Below, piece after piece: positions 45,857 to 56,595 of a stretch of DNA of 64,000 bases. The notes under the pieces are model-generated. The model was not told the DNA's origin, did no database searches, and saw only the letters and a program-made list of their open reading frames with translations. This stretch comes from a virus: the IMG/VR virus record IMGVR_UViG_3300042566_001780, positions 129,190 through 193,189 of that record. One strand, written 5' to 3'. Every line of letters starts with the position of its first letter. Position 1 is the stretch's first letter. The position numbers were made by a program, and so were the translations under genes.

Positions 45857-45957
45857 CCAGTTTTTTCTGCACCACTTTTTTCTGCACATTTATTTTTACG
45901 CCAGTTTTTTCTGCACCAGTTTTTCTGCAAAATAATTTTTACACCAGTTTTTTCTGC
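45857..45957 (+). repeat. five direct copies of C(C)AGTTTTTTCTGCA(C) in 100 bp
   Basis: Copies at 45857-72, 45873-87, 45901-16, 45917-29, 45944-57, immediately upstream of ATG 45969. Confidence 0.7.
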
Positions 45958-45968
45958 TTTAGATTTTT

Positions 45969-46601
45969 ATGAACATCTTTGCACTTCACCAAGATCCAGT
46001 TCTTGCTTCACGGTACCATCTTGACAAGCATGTAGTCAAGATGATTACAGAGTATAATCAAATCGCTTCTACTGCGCATCGGGTCATTGATGGTGTTCCG
46101 GTTGAACTTCGAGTCAATAATCGCAAACGTAATACATTTGTATTCAAAGATGAAGTTGTGAATATCGTTGAGAAAAATGGCCGGCAAGTTCTTGATCTGC
46201 AGCCATTTACTTGTTATGTTGCAAGTCACATCAATCACCCTTCATCAAAGTGGGCTCGCACTACAAAAGAGAACTATCTTTGGCTAGTTGAATTGATTAC
46301 TGCCCTTCATGCAGAATTTGAATTTCGATATGGCAAAGAACATGGTGGCAAAAAGCTGCTTCCCTTTCTCAGCAATGCACCAAAAAATCTGAAGTCGTCT
46401 ATTCTTACCCCATTTGCACAAGCAATGCCTAATGAATACCAAAATGAAAATGATCCAATTGCTGCATACCGTGCTTTCTACCTTGGGAGTAAAAAGAGAT
46501 TTGCAACCTGGACAAAACGAGAAGTCCCAGATTGGTTTGCAGCAGGACTTAAGCCCGATGAAAGCGTCATCGATTTCCAAAGAGTCCGTAACAGCCATTG
46601 A
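45969..46601 (+). CDS. hypothetical protein (210 aa)
   Basis: ORF downstream of the direct-repeat array. Confidence 0.5.
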   Translation: MNIFALHQDPVLASRYHLDKHVVKMITEYNQIASTAHRVIDGVPVELRVNNRKRNTFVFKDEVVNIVEKNGRQVLDLQPFTCYVASHINHPSSKWARTTKENYLWLVELITALHAEFEFRYGKEHGGKKLLPFLSNAPKNLKSSILTPFAQAMPNEYQNENDPIAAYRAFYLGSKKRFATWTKREVPDWFAAGLKPDESVIDFQRVRNSH

Positions 46602-46788
46602 AGATCGGTTAAAAATTGTAGAAGCTACAAGAAAAAATCTCACAAAAAAATCTGATTTTTATCGAGGGCTTTTCCAAACAAATCAAGCTGCACTTTCAGC
46701 AGTGTATAATCAACTTATAGCAGAAGAAATTTTACTTACAGTTGAACGAGACACTATTTTGGAATTGCTAAAAAATGAAAAATACTAA
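46558..46788 (+). CDS. possible small ORF bridging 46601-46775 (uncertain)
   Basis: Only coding potential covering the 170-nt gap; overlaps upstream gene by 44 nt. Confidence 0.25.
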   Translation: MKASSISKESVTAIEDRLKIVEATRKNLTKKSDFYRGLFQTNQAALSAVYNQLIAEEILLTVERDTILELLKNEKY

Positions 46789-47341
46789 AGAAATTTTTGT
46801 TGTTGATCTTGAAGCTACTTGCTGGGAAACAAAGCAAGAACAAGGTTACAAACCGAATGAAATCATTGAGATCGGCATTTGCAAAGTTGATCTTGAAAGT
46901 GAAGAAGTTCACCAAGCACAATCTTGGATTGTCAAACCTAGGTTCACAGAAGTAAGTCCATTCTGTACGCAGTTGACCACTTTGACTCAAGATGTAGTCA
47001 ACAATGGTTTTGACATTGTTGATGCGCTAAGAGAAATCAAGCAAGTCTACTCCTTGACTCGAGAAGACATTTGGTGTAGTTGGGGACAATACGATAGGAA
47101 TAAGCTTTCCAATCAAGGTGGTGGTTCTCTACGAGCAATTTATGGTCATGAGATTGATTCTATCTTTGCTCAAATGGAACATTTTAACTTAAAGACACTG
47201 TTTGCTCTTCAGCGCAAGGTCCCACCCTGTGGAATGGCAAAAGCTCTTCAAATTTGTAAGTTGCCACTTATTGGCACCCATCATCGTGGCGATGACGATG
47301 CTCATAACATTGGTCGAATTGCATTGCAAATGTTCAAGTGA
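46775..47341 (+). CDS. DEDDh 3'-5' exonuclease (DnaQ/RNase T-like)
   Basis: VVDLEATCW (Exo I D-x-E), NEIIEIGICKV, HHRGDDDAHN (Exo III H-x4-D). Confidence 0.6.
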   Translation: MKNTKEIFVVDLEATCWETKQEQGYKPNEIIEIGICKVDLESEEVHQAQSWIVKPRFTEVSPFCTQLTTLTQDVVNNGFDIVDALREIKQVYSLTREDIWCSWGQYDRNKLSNQGGGSLRAIYGHEIDSIFAQMEHFNLKTLFALQRKVPPCGMAKALQICKLPLIGTHHRGDDDAHNIGRIALQMFK

Positions 47342-47362
47342 TCTAAAAATCTAAATGACACC

Positions 47363-47388
47363 AGGGCTCCGTAGGAGCCCTTTTTCTT
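47363..47388 (+). terminator. terminator agggctcc-gta-ggagccct + ttttt
   Basis: 8-bp GC stem + T-run; near-identical hairpin recurs at 56571. Confidence 0.65.
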
Positions 47389-47632
47389 GTCTGTGTGAAA
47401 CTCATTATGGCGCAATTTTGGGTGTCCCTGAGTGCTTCTGGTGACTTCTAGCAATAGCGCTAAATTAGCTTGGTCTATTGCATCTCTTCTCAAAAGCTTC
47501 TTATTTGCAACTGCTCAGCACTAAAGCTTATTTGCCCCATAATGCCTATAAATTGCGCGCACAGCTTATGGCATAGCCTTTTTCTCTTTCTCTCAAGTTC
47601 ATTCTTCTAAATAGACTATTGAAGAACTGTGT

Positions 47633-49546
47633 TTGTCGTCAAACAAAGAGAAGGTTATTGCGATCATGGCATCAAATGAAATCAACCAACTTACTACCCA
47701 TGACTTATGGGTAGAAGCAAGAAAATTTAACTTAAGTATTACAAGACCAACATCAAATACTATTCAACTATCTATTCGCAAGCCAGTTAGTGATGGTCCT
47801 GTTGATGGTGCAGTCTTAACCTTAAGTGATCATCCTATTACTGCTACTGAGTATCCTGAAGATGGGACTCAGTATACCGGTGGATCTCTAGTATTTGGGC
47901 AAACTGGAGTTCAAAAGATAGGTAGAGCTCAAGTCATTTCATTCTGGTCAACCTTCTTTCAAGTTCCATTCCCTTCCGGGACAATTTCATCAGATGGAAT
48001 GATAGAGTGGACTGTCACAGTAACTGGTACTAACCCATCTGCGACATACTATGCATCTATTCATGCGTGCACCAATATTCTTCAGTACTACCCAATTGGT
48101 ATTCAATCATATCCTTTGGAAAGTTCACGCGTCGAAAAAGATTCTTCTGCATATACAGGATCTATTCCTACACTTCCGTCTGCACCAACGTCCCCAACAC
48201 CTGGGATGGTGTATCATGATCTTCAACTAAACTCGGTTCAATATTGGGATGATACTCGTTCTGTATGGGTGCCCACCCGCTCAGATACTATTACGACTGG
48301 GCCTATCAATCCAGGAATTCCTGGCCAAACTTATCTATTTTCTCCAGCAACTACACTAAAGGTTTTTAATGGAAAAGAATGGACGATAGCTTCATCCACG
48401 AATCTACAACTTAAAACGAGTCCTACTCAATGGACAAATATGGGATCAGTAACATCTGGTACAAAATTTCCAGAAACGCCTAATGTAGCAGACTTCTTCT
48501 ATGATTTTACGAGTCAAAGAATTCAATTTTGGGATGGCGCAGCTTGGCAGATTCCAACTACAAGCAATACCTTGTTTAATACAGGAAGTTCAATCGTGCC
48601 TGCATTTGCTGGCAACTTTACTGTAGAACCAATTGATTTTGTCAATCCATATGTGGGCCTACTTTTCTACAATACGTCCCAGAAAATTCTGAATGTGTGG
48701 AATGGTACCTCTTGGCAACAAGCAAATACATCCCAACAGGGTACACCCACTACTGACAAAATCCGAATTGGCAATGATGGTTCTTATGACGAACGTCTGC
48801 GTCTAATTCGCGTCATCAAATCAGAATTTGGATGGCCCAATTCCTGTATTGAGTTAACTGAAGATAATTTCAACACAGCTATTGATAATGCGCTTGAGAC
48901 ATATCGCCAACTTTCTGCTGGTGCTTATGAAAAACGGTATATCCTACAGACGTTAGTTACAGATCAGCAAACTTACTATCTCAATAACCCAGTAGACGAG
49001 ACTGACAGGATAGTTACAGTTCAGAAAATTCACAGATTGAATATTCTGGGTGCTAATTCTATGAATTGGGACACTAACGTTTACTTCCAAACTTTCCTAT
49101 CTCAGTTCTATAGTTCTGGATACACTGACATTCTGTCTATCCATTTGATGCATTCTTTAAGTGAAGAATTCCAAAGAATCTTTGCAGGTGAAATGACATT
49201 TTTGTGGAATGAAGCCCGAAGAGAATTAATGATCACCCGCCGAGTAGCTAGAAATGAGAAAGTCGTTCTTGAAGTAGATCTTGAGAGAACTGAGCAGGAA
49301 CTCCTACTCGATCGATATGCAAAGCAATTTATTCAGCAATATGCTACTGCCACAGTCAAAGAGATGCTCGGATTACTTCGTTCAAAATATTCAAGTGGTA
49401 CTCCAGGTCCTGCTGGTACTATCACATTGAATGGTGATACCTTGATTGCTGAAGCTCGCCAAGATTTTGCAGAACTCAAAGAAGCACTTTTAAATTGGGA
49501 ATATCAAAGTGCTGCAATGGGCAATGTGTCAATGATATTTGGGTAA
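47633..49546 (+). CDS. virion structural protein (baseplate/fibre-like, 637 aa)
   Basis: CTAAATA at 47607-13 upstream; alternative start ATG 47666 has better RBS (agaagg). Confidence 0.5.
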   Translation: MSSNKEKVIAIMASNEINQLTTHDLWVEARKFNLSITRPTSNTIQLSIRKPVSDGPVDGAVLTLSDHPITATEYPEDGTQYTGGSLVFGQTGVQKIGRAQVISFWSTFFQVPFPSGTISSDGMIEWTVTVTGTNPSATYYASIHACTNILQYYPIGIQSYPLESSRVEKDSSAYTGSIPTLPSAPTSPTPGMVYHDLQLNSVQYWDDTRSVWVPTRSDTITTGPINPGIPGQTYLFSPATTLKVFNGKEWTIASSTNLQLKTSPTQWTNMGSVTSGTKFPETPNVADFFYDFTSQRIQFWDGAAWQIPTTSNTLFNTGSSIVPAFAGNFTVEPIDFVNPYVGLLFYNTSQKILNVWNGTSWQQANTSQQGTPTTDKIRIGNDGSYDERLRLIRVIKSEFGWPNSCIELTEDNFNTAIDNALETYRQLSAGAYEKRYILQTLVTDQQTYYLNNPVDETDRIVTVQKIHRLNILGANSMNWDTNVYFQTFLSQFYSSGYTDILSIHLMHSLSEEFQRIFAGEMTFLWNEARRELMITRRVARNEKVVLEVDLERTEQELLLDRYAKQFIQQYATATVKEMLGLLRSKYSSGTPGPAGTITLNGDTLIAEARQDFAELKEALLNWEYQSAAMGNVSMIFG

Positions 49547-49552
49547 TCAATT

Positions 49553-51367
49553 ATGGCAGATTTAAACACTTGTCCAAATGGGGCTGGATCAATTAACAAT
49601 CCAGCAAATGCATTACCTGAAATTCCGGCATATGTAGTACCTGAAATTCCAGATGTCAACTATTCAGTCACTGACTGTTTAGTTGACTCAAATATACAAG
49701 AGCAAATTGCAGTTGAGGCTCTCAATATCAGCGGAGCTCCGCTCAACATATTCAAGCTCCTAGGTGTTCATGAACAGGGCAAACTAATTGACTTAACAGG
49801 AAATGGTACTCCGCTTAATGGAAGTGATAATGTTTTTGATTCACTCGCATCTAATTGGGCATCTTCTCAAGTGGGAATGGCTGTGTTGACAACCCCATCA
49901 TGGGTAGGATATGATTTTGGTGTTATAAAAACGAGTTATGGATTGGACGCAAATGGACCTGGTATTGCAAACAATCAGCATATTACATCATTGAGAATTA
50001 CTCAACCTGCTCAAAATAGACGGGCTCTTCAAATTAAAGTTGAACAATCTGATGGGCAATATTCATTATCCAGCCTAATCATTACTGGTTCTGGTACTGC
50101 TACTATTACTGACTTCACCGCTGGGCCCAAATGCAAACCTGGTATATTTTCATTAGTAGCTGATGCAACTAATTCATTTACGGTTTTCTTTATTTCAGGT
50201 ACCACTGAATTAGTCGGCATCTTAAAGCCTAATCTTAGATTCAATTCAAATTACGGATCATTCACGTTAACATCAAATTCCACTTTTGCCAATGGCGACA
50301 TCATCACTGCATCAATTCAATTGAAGTGGAATCGTGTTGATATTGTTAATTTAGTAGATGACGCTACAGCGCAGAATGTTCGCATTAAACAATCTAAGCC
50401 ATCTCGCTATTGGAGAATAGTGCCTACATCATTTAGTGGTGTTGCTTTAAATGAGCCCTGGGAAATATCAAAGCTTGAGCTTTTTGATTATCAAACCACA
50501 CGGCTTGATGATATTCAGGATCCACTATTACTTGAGAATCGCGACCGTGATTATGCATCTCAATCAGTTCAATTAAAGGTTGCCTATCAACCAACTGATA
50601 CTATATCTGATCTATCCAAATTTGGATTTCAGATGACAGATAGTTTCACATTTACCGCAAGCTTTGCCCAAATGGTGAAATTACTTGGAAGGCCTATCGT
50701 AGTCGGTGACGTTTTAGAGCTTCCAAGTGAAATGCAATATGACCAAAATCTGAAACCGGTTAGAAAGTTCTTAGAAGTATCAGATACATCATGGGCGGCT
50801 GATGGGTATACGACTGCCTGGAAACCGATTATGTATCGATTCCAAGCATCTCAGTTAATTCCATCTCAGGAACATCGCGACATTCTTGGCACCGTTGACA
50901 CTCAGAAATTCCTTGTTGATGACGGTACTTTCCTTGATGGTATTGAACAAATTCAAACTGCTCCATTAACGATTTCGCAACAAGTAAAAACTGAAGCCTT
51001 ACAAGAAGTACCAGAAAAAGGTACGAACGTAACTGAAATTGCATCTGGTACTAGTCGATACGGTGAACCTGGTACTTATGATGGACGTGATCTTTATGTT
51101 GAAGATGGGTTACCACCAGATGGGTTACCATATACCGAAGGCTTCAAACTCCCAGATGTAACTGATGCTTCTGATGGAGATTATTTCAGATTAAACTATG
51201 ATCCAAAGATGAATATTGCTTCACGTCTTTACAAGTTTAGCTCAGTTAAAAATAAGTGGATTTATGTTGAAACTGATAGACGTCCTATTAATACTTCACA
51301 CAAGCCTTCACAATTACAAGTCATGCAACAACCTAAAGTCGTTTCCTTAGAAAGCAAAAACCTATGA
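49553..51367 (+). CDS. virion structural protein (604 aa)
   Basis: Tightly packed with neighbours in structural block. Confidence 0.5.
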   Translation: MADLNTCPNGAGSINNPANALPEIPAYVVPEIPDVNYSVTDCLVDSNIQEQIAVEALNISGAPLNIFKLLGVHEQGKLIDLTGNGTPLNGSDNVFDSLASNWASSQVGMAVLTTPSWVGYDFGVIKTSYGLDANGPGIANNQHITSLRITQPAQNRRALQIKVEQSDGQYSLSSLIITGSGTATITDFTAGPKCKPGIFSLVADATNSFTVFFISGTTELVGILKPNLRFNSNYGSFTLTSNSTFANGDIITASIQLKWNRVDIVNLVDDATAQNVRIKQSKPSRYWRIVPTSFSGVALNEPWEISKLELFDYQTTRLDDIQDPLLLENRDRDYASQSVQLKVAYQPTDTISDLSKFGFQMTDSFTFTASFAQMVKLLGRPIVVGDVLELPSEMQYDQNLKPVRKFLEVSDTSWAADGYTTAWKPIMYRFQASQLIPSQEHRDILGTVDTQKFLVDDGTFLDGIEQIQTAPLTISQQVKTEALQEVPEKGTNVTEIASGTSRYGEPGTYDGRDLYVEDGLPPDGLPYTEGFKLPDVTDASDGDYFRLNYDPKMNIASRLYKFSSVKNKWIYVETDRRPINTSHKPSQLQVMQQPKVVSLESKNL

Positions 51368-52104
51368 GACTAAAAGAATTATTCGAAGACATTCATGTCA
51401 TAAAGGATATCTGGACTAAGGAAGAAGCAGATGATCGAGTAGCCAATACTGCATTTCGGCTTGAAGATAAATGGAAAAAATATCCATCAAAAATAAAGTT
51501 TCCAGTCGAAAACTTTGAAGTAGTTCAAGTTAGAAATGCTGGCATCATTATTGACTGGGAAATAGGTTTGCGTAACAAACTGAACGGGCAATTTGCTGCT
51601 ATCTTGAATGCAGACCAGACCTCTATCAAAGTTGGCAAAAAGAAAATAGTTGGTAAAGCTACATCTGTTGCTTCAGTGAATGGCAATTATCTTGGTCAAG
51701 GACTAATGCAAAAGCTCTACCAATACTTGTCTGATAATGGAGAAATTCTATTCTCGTCAACAGACCAGTCTTTTGGTGGTAAAAAGCTATGGCAAAAATT
51801 TGTTCAGGAAAACAACGAAAACACCTTCTTAGTGTTAGAACTGTTTGAGCATAGCTTTTCATTTGTTCAATCAAAAAATAGTTTTGGCAGATTAAGAAAT
51901 GCTGAAGGAGTGTCACCACTTGAATTCTATGAAAAGAATAAGAGTAAAAATGGTGTAGCTCTCATCATCAAAGCTGATTATGACAAACTAATCAAACTTG
52001 CATATTTGAAGTCTTCGGGTAGTTTCAATCCAAGCTATTTTATGACACTGCCAAAAGGCCATCCCCTCATTAGCGAATTCAATTCAATAGCTTTCAGACC
52101 ATGA
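51364..52104 (+). CDS. hypothetical protein with M-R-L-K-E-L-F-E leader
   Basis: MRLKELFED start matches the leader family although body is unrelated. Confidence 0.5.
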   Translation: MRLKELFEDIHVIKDIWTKEEADDRVANTAFRLEDKWKKYPSKIKFPVENFEVVQVRNAGIIIDWEIGLRNKLNGQFAAILNADQTSIKVGKKKIVGKATSVASVNGNYLGQGLMQKLYQYLSDNGEILFSSTDQSFGGKKLWQKFVQENNENTFLVLELFEHSFSFVQSKNSFGRLRNAEGVSPLEFYEKNKSKNGVALIIKADYDKLIKLAYLKSSGSFNPSYFMTLPKGHPLISEFNSIAFRP

Positions 52105-53045
52105 TTACAAACTATCATTACTCTGCGCAATTAAAATCATATTTGCGCCAAATTGCTCTTATATTCAATGGTCTCCAAGTAAAAACTGGAGTTGGTGAAT
52201 GCGGTGAAGAGGAATTTATTTCTGTTCCATGCGTTATTGGTAGCAAAGATCGAGTAGTCGCTGCGTTAATGTCTGGAAATACGAAGAACCGAGTATTCTC
52301 ACTACCAACTATGTCTCTGTTTCTTCAAAACTTGGCCATGGCGCCAGAAAGAAGAAAAGTACAGGCAATGGTAGATCAACGTGTCACAATGAAAACAGGT
52401 GGCGTATTTCCTGACGACTTGACTGTCGTCAAACGCGCGATGCCCGTACCATTCAATATGACAGTTGAACTGACAATCTATACTTCTAACAATGATCAGA
52501 TGTATCAGATATTGGAGCAAATATTAGTTCTATTCAATCCAGATGTTCAATTTCAAAAATCAGATGCGCCATTTGACTGGACAAAACTAACAAAAATTGA
52601 ACTTATTGATATTGCTAATGAAGAAAATTATCCTGCAGCTACAGATAGAAGAATCATAAATTGGACTCTTACTTTTGAGGTGCCTATCTATATGAGCGTG
52701 CCAATGGGTGTCAAGGACGATTTAGTAAGAAAAGTCACTATTCAACTTTCTGCCAATTCAAATATGACTCCAATTAATGAGGTTGATGAAGATGGTAATT
52801 TAACTCCCTTTGGAACACCGATTGCTATCATGGAATATGATACTCGGCCATTCCCGACTATAACTGAGCAAGATTGTACGTTTACTTCAACTTCTGTGCC
52901 AGAAAATCCGCAAGTTAATGATACTTGGTGGAGACCTGCTCTAAATAAAGCATTTAGGTGGAACGGTGCTTCATGGGTAGATTTTGAACAATACCTTCCT
53001 CCACAGAGAACTAATGTTGATCCTTTTGAGCCAAAACCACTATGA
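52101..53045 (+). CDS. structural protein (314 aa)
   Basis: ATGA coupling. Confidence 0.45.
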   Translation: MITNYHYSAQLKSYLRQIALIFNGLQVKTGVGECGEEEFISVPCVIGSKDRVVAALMSGNTKNRVFSLPTMSLFLQNLAMAPERRKVQAMVDQRVTMKTGGVFPDDLTVVKRAMPVPFNMTVELTIYTSNNDQMYQILEQILVLFNPDVQFQKSDAPFDWTKLTKIELIDIANEENYPAATDRRIINWTLTFEVPIYMSVPMGVKDDLVRKVTIQLSANSNMTPINEVDEDGNLTPFGTPIAIMEYDTRPFPTITEQDCTFTSTSVPENPQVNDTWWRPALNKAFRWNGASWVDFEQYLPPQRTNVDPFEPKPL

Positions 53046-54619
53046 AATTATCTGAAGCAAAAATGTCATCTAGTCGCTTTAAAGCGGCCTTAGATAAAGG
53101 AGATGCAACTATTGGTTTTGAATTTGAGATGTTGATTTCTCCAGATTCAAATTTGTACCGACCAGTTAAAGATCCAGATGCGTTAAGGACACTTGATGTC
53201 AGCAATTTGACAGATATTAACGAATTACTAGATATTCCTGGTGTTGGGAGATATGATAAAAATAATGTCCAAACCGCATTTTGGAAATGGCAAGATGAAC
53301 AAGCTGAAGAATGGATAGATGACAATTGGCGAGATTGGGATGATGAAGATGAGCCTAGTGAATCTGCAGCTCGAGACCAGGCAGAATTTCACATTCTAGA
53401 TCAAGTTAGAAAACAAGCAGTCTTTACATTTGAAGATTACTGGAAAACATTCAAGAATGCAAAAGAGGCATTATTTGAGTTCAACATTGATCCGGCATTT
53501 GGTTGGGTAGATGATAACGAAGTCTATATTGACATTGAAGAAGATCTAGAAACACGATATGACAAAACATGGGCCGAAGTTAAAGAAATTGTTGCACAGA
53601 GTTTACTAAATTCCCCTGAACTTGGCATTGCTAAATTTGGTGAATCATCAAATGGTCAATGGAAATTAATGGATGACGGATCTATTACAGACAAAGATGC
53701 AAATGAGTATCCAAATATTGTTGGTTATGGATATGAATTAATATCGCCACCATTAGCTGCAAGTGAAGCATTAGAAGCAATGCAAAAAGTGTTTGATTGG
53801 ATGAGTAGACACAAAATTGAAACTAATCAATCGACCGGCTTCCATATCAACATTTCGATGGATAATTTAGATTCATTAGACCCAGTCAAATTGATCTTAT
53901 TTTTGGGTGACGATTACGTATTGAACAAATTTGATAGATCGACATCAAAGTACACAAAATCACAAATCCAAAATCTTTATTGGTATGTGAAGAACAGCAA
54001 TCCTTCAAAAGATATAAAACATGAAAATGGAATTTACACGATTGCAAAACGTGTCTTACTAAGCTCTGAAAAATATCGATCTGTTAATTTCAAAAAATTA
54101 GAACTTCAAAATCCGTATCTTGAATTTAGATCAGTTGGTAATGAAGATTATCATAGAAGATCAGAAGCAATTTTAGACACTATTGGAAGATTTCTGGTGG
54201 CATTGAATATTGCATGTGACCCAGAAGCTTATAAGCAAGAATTCCTTAAGAAACTTGTGCTACTTGGTGCAAATAACAAAGATGAAATGTCAGACGACCC
54301 ATTAGCTTCACTTATACCTTTAGCTGATGTATATGCTAAAGCACTCGATGATTTGAAACAATGGGGCAATGAGCCTACATTGGCGGGACTATTAGCCTTA
54401 AAGTCAATTATTAGGATGGCGCATTTTGAAGTTCAATATGAACACAAAAAACTAAGATCAACGCATATCAACAGACTGCGTGATTTGATTTCTATGATTG
54501 GACTGACTCCAAAAAGTTTCATTGAATTAATTAGCAGTGATGAATATAACAAATTATTTCAAGTGCAGCAAATCACTAGTCAAATGCAAGATCTAAAACT
54601 ACTTCCGAAAAGCGCTTAA
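53042..54619 (+). CDS. structural protein (525 aa) upstream of sheath
   Basis: ATGA coupling; acidic/Trp-rich. Confidence 0.45.
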   Translation: MKLSEAKMSSSRFKAALDKGDATIGFEFEMLISPDSNLYRPVKDPDALRTLDVSNLTDINELLDIPGVGRYDKNNVQTAFWKWQDEQAEEWIDDNWRDWDDEDEPSESAARDQAEFHILDQVRKQAVFTFEDYWKTFKNAKEALFEFNIDPAFGWVDDNEVYIDIEEDLETRYDKTWAEVKEIVAQSLLNSPELGIAKFGESSNGQWKLMDDGSITDKDANEYPNIVGYGYELISPPLAASEALEAMQKVFDWMSRHKIETNQSTGFHINISMDNLDSLDPVKLILFLGDDYVLNKFDRSTSKYTKSQIQNLYWYVKNSNPSKDIKHENGIYTIAKRVLLSSEKYRSVNFKKLELQNPYLEFRSVGNEDYHRRSEAILDTIGRFLVALNIACDPEAYKQEFLKKLVLLGANNKDEMSDDPLASLIPLADVYAKALDDLKQWGNEPTLAGLLALKSIIRMAHFEVQYEHKKLRSTHINRLRDLISMIGLTPKSFIELISSDEYNKLFQVQQITSQMQDLKLLPKSA

Positions 54620-54645
54620 TTCTGGCCAGAAAAATAGTCATTTGT

Positions 54646-54652
54646 CTAAATA
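54646..54652 (+). promoter_or_regulatory. CTAAATA late-promoter-like motif upstream of tail sheath
   Basis: gtCTAAATAct 59 nt before ATG 54711. Confidence 0.4.
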
Positions 54653-54710
54653 CTAAGAATCAATCAAATTAGATTTGATTATCGTAATCACCCTTTAGGA
54701 GATAAAAACA

Positions 54711-56552
54711 ATGGCTACTTTAGTTTCCGCTGGCGTATCAGTTAGCGTTATAAATCAAAGCTTCTTCTTCCCTGCAGTTAGCACTACCGTGCCGCTTTTC
54801 TTCGTTGCTACCAAATCTGGTAAAGTGCAGCTTGATGGCGTGACTCCTGCTCTCGGCACATTAGAAGCTGGTGTTGTTCGTACTGTGACTTCTTTAGCTC
54901 AATCCCTTGAGTTATATGGAGTTCCAAGTTTCAGAACCGACATTTCTGGCAATGCACATCATGGCGATGCTCGCAATGAATACGGTCTTATGGCTCTTAA
55001 CCAATATCTTGGCGCCGGTAACCGTGCTTATGTGGTTCGCGCTGACATTGATCTTGACGATGAGCAACCTGAAACCTTCTACACATTTGGCACCCCAGTT
55101 TTAGTTGGCACCCCGTCCTTCTCTGGACTTGGTAACGGTACTATTTCTGGCATCACTGCTACTAATAACAAAGTGAAGCCGCAAACCTTCACTGTGTCAT
55201 TTACTTCTGCTACTGCATTCACAGTGCGTGGTTCTATTTCCGGTTTCATTGGTTCAGGCACTGTTGGCACCCCATTCACTTCTTCAAGAATCAACTTGAC
55301 TGTTGCTGATGGCTCCGTTGACTTCCAATCTGGCGATTCTTTCACCTTTGGCGTAGCATATGCTGCTACCGCTGGTGCAAATGCTGGTAATGGTACTATG
55401 ACTGGAATTGCTGCAGATACGTTAGCAGTTGCAGAAAACTGGACTATTACCTTCACCTCTGCTACTTCGTTCAACGTAGTTGGCTCAGTGTCTGGTACTT
55501 TAGCTGGTGGTACTACTGGTGTTGTTTATGACAACAATCGCATCATCTTCACTATTACTCCTGGAAGCACGCCATTTACCTCAGGTGACACCTTCACATT
55601 GACAACAACTCAAGTGACAGTATCTGATGTTCTTGGATCTACTGATGCTGCTCGTCGCACTGCTATTGTGACCGCTCTTGCTGCTGCTATGAATTCAAAT
55701 ACTGAAGTTCGTTCAGATTTGTATGAGTTCACTTTAGTTGCTGCTCCTGGGTATCATGAGCTTTCTGATGAATTAGCTGCATTAGTTGCTGATGTGAAAG
55801 AAGAAGCATTTGCAGTGGTTGACACTCCATGCAATCTGTCTCCTGCACAAACTGCAGCTTGGGCTATGACTTCGGGCAAATCTGCTTCTAACAACTTGGC
55901 TTATTACTATCCATGGTGTGTCGTGAGCAACCTTGATGGCAAGGACGTTTTAGCTGCTCCTTCTGGTACTGCTATCCGCACAATTGCTTTTAGCGATCAA
56001 AATGGTTATGTCTGGACTCCTCCAGCAGGTGTAGCCAATGGCTTAGTGACAGGTGTTTCTAAGGTTGGTTACGTGACTGGTACTCTTGGTACAGCTACTA
56101 CTTTTGTGGAAGCAGCGCTTAATGAAGGCCAACGCGATGCTCTTTATGAGTACAACAAGAACATCAACCCAATCACCTTCTTCCCTGGAAGAGGTATTTT
56201 GATCTGGGGTCAAAAGACTGCTGCTCCTGCTGCATCTGCTCTTGATCGTATCAACGTGGCTCGTTTGGTTGCTTATGTTCGTAGAGTTATTCGTAAGGGT
56301 GCAATGCCATTCGTGTTCCAACCTAACGACCAAATCACTCGTGATAACCTAAAGGCTGCCGTTGATGGTATCTTGTCTGATGTTCTTTCTAAGCGTGGTT
56401 TGTATGACTTTGCTACTTTATGCGATGAGTCAAACAATACACCTGATAGAATTGATCGCAATGAATTGGTTGTAAGTGTCGCCATAAATCCTACGCGCGC
56501 GGCAGAATTTATTTATATCCCGGTGACAATTACTGGGTCGAGCGGTGTCTAA
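54711..56552 (+). CDS. contractile tail sheath protein (gp18-like)
   Basis: 613 aa; conserved sheath C-terminus GILIWGQKTAA...RINVARLVAYVRRVI...FVFQPND; RBS taggagat. Confidence 0.85.
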   Translation: MATLVSAGVSVSVINQSFFFPAVSTTVPLFFVATKSGKVQLDGVTPALGTLEAGVVRTVTSLAQSLELYGVPSFRTDISGNAHHGDARNEYGLMALNQYLGAGNRAYVVRADIDLDDEQPETFYTFGTPVLVGTPSFSGLGNGTISGITATNNKVKPQTFTVSFTSATAFTVRGSISGFIGSGTVGTPFTSSRINLTVADGSVDFQSGDSFTFGVAYAATAGANAGNGTMTGIAADTLAVAENWTITFTSATSFNVVGSVSGTLAGGTTGVVYDNNRIIFTITPGSTPFTSGDTFTLTTTQVTVSDVLGSTDAARRTAIVTALAAAMNSNTEVRSDLYEFTLVAAPGYHELSDELAALVADVKEEAFAVVDTPCNLSPAQTAAWAMTSGKSASNNLAYYYPWCVVSNLDGKDVLAAPSGTAIRTIAFSDQNGYVWTPPAGVANGLVTGVSKVGYVTGTLGTATTFVEAALNEGQRDALYEYNKNINPITFFPGRGILIWGQKTAAPAASALDRINVARLVAYVRRVIRKGAMPFVFQPNDQITRDNLKAAVDGILSDVLSKRGLYDFATLCDESNNTPDRIDRNELVVSVAINPTRAAEFIYIPVTITGSSGV

Positions 56553-56569
56553 CTAAATTTTTGCAAATA

Positions 56570-56595
56570 AAAGGGCTCCTAGGAGCCCTTTTTCA
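56570..56595. terminator. bidirectional terminator aagggctc-ctag-gagccctt
   Basis: Hairpin flanked by A-run and T-run, between convergent sheath (+) and HNH (-) genes. Confidence 0.6.

Noticed and set aside
45857-45957. Direct repeats as a mini-CRISPR array
   Set aside because: Spacers between copies are 0-13 nt, repeats are only ~15 nt and T-rich, and no cas genes are nearby.
54711-54760. Sheath N-terminus MATLVSAG resembling the fibre N-terminal module MxxLVSxG
   Set aside because: Similarity is limited to ~8 residues and the rest of the sheath aligns to the gp18 family; likely coincidence.
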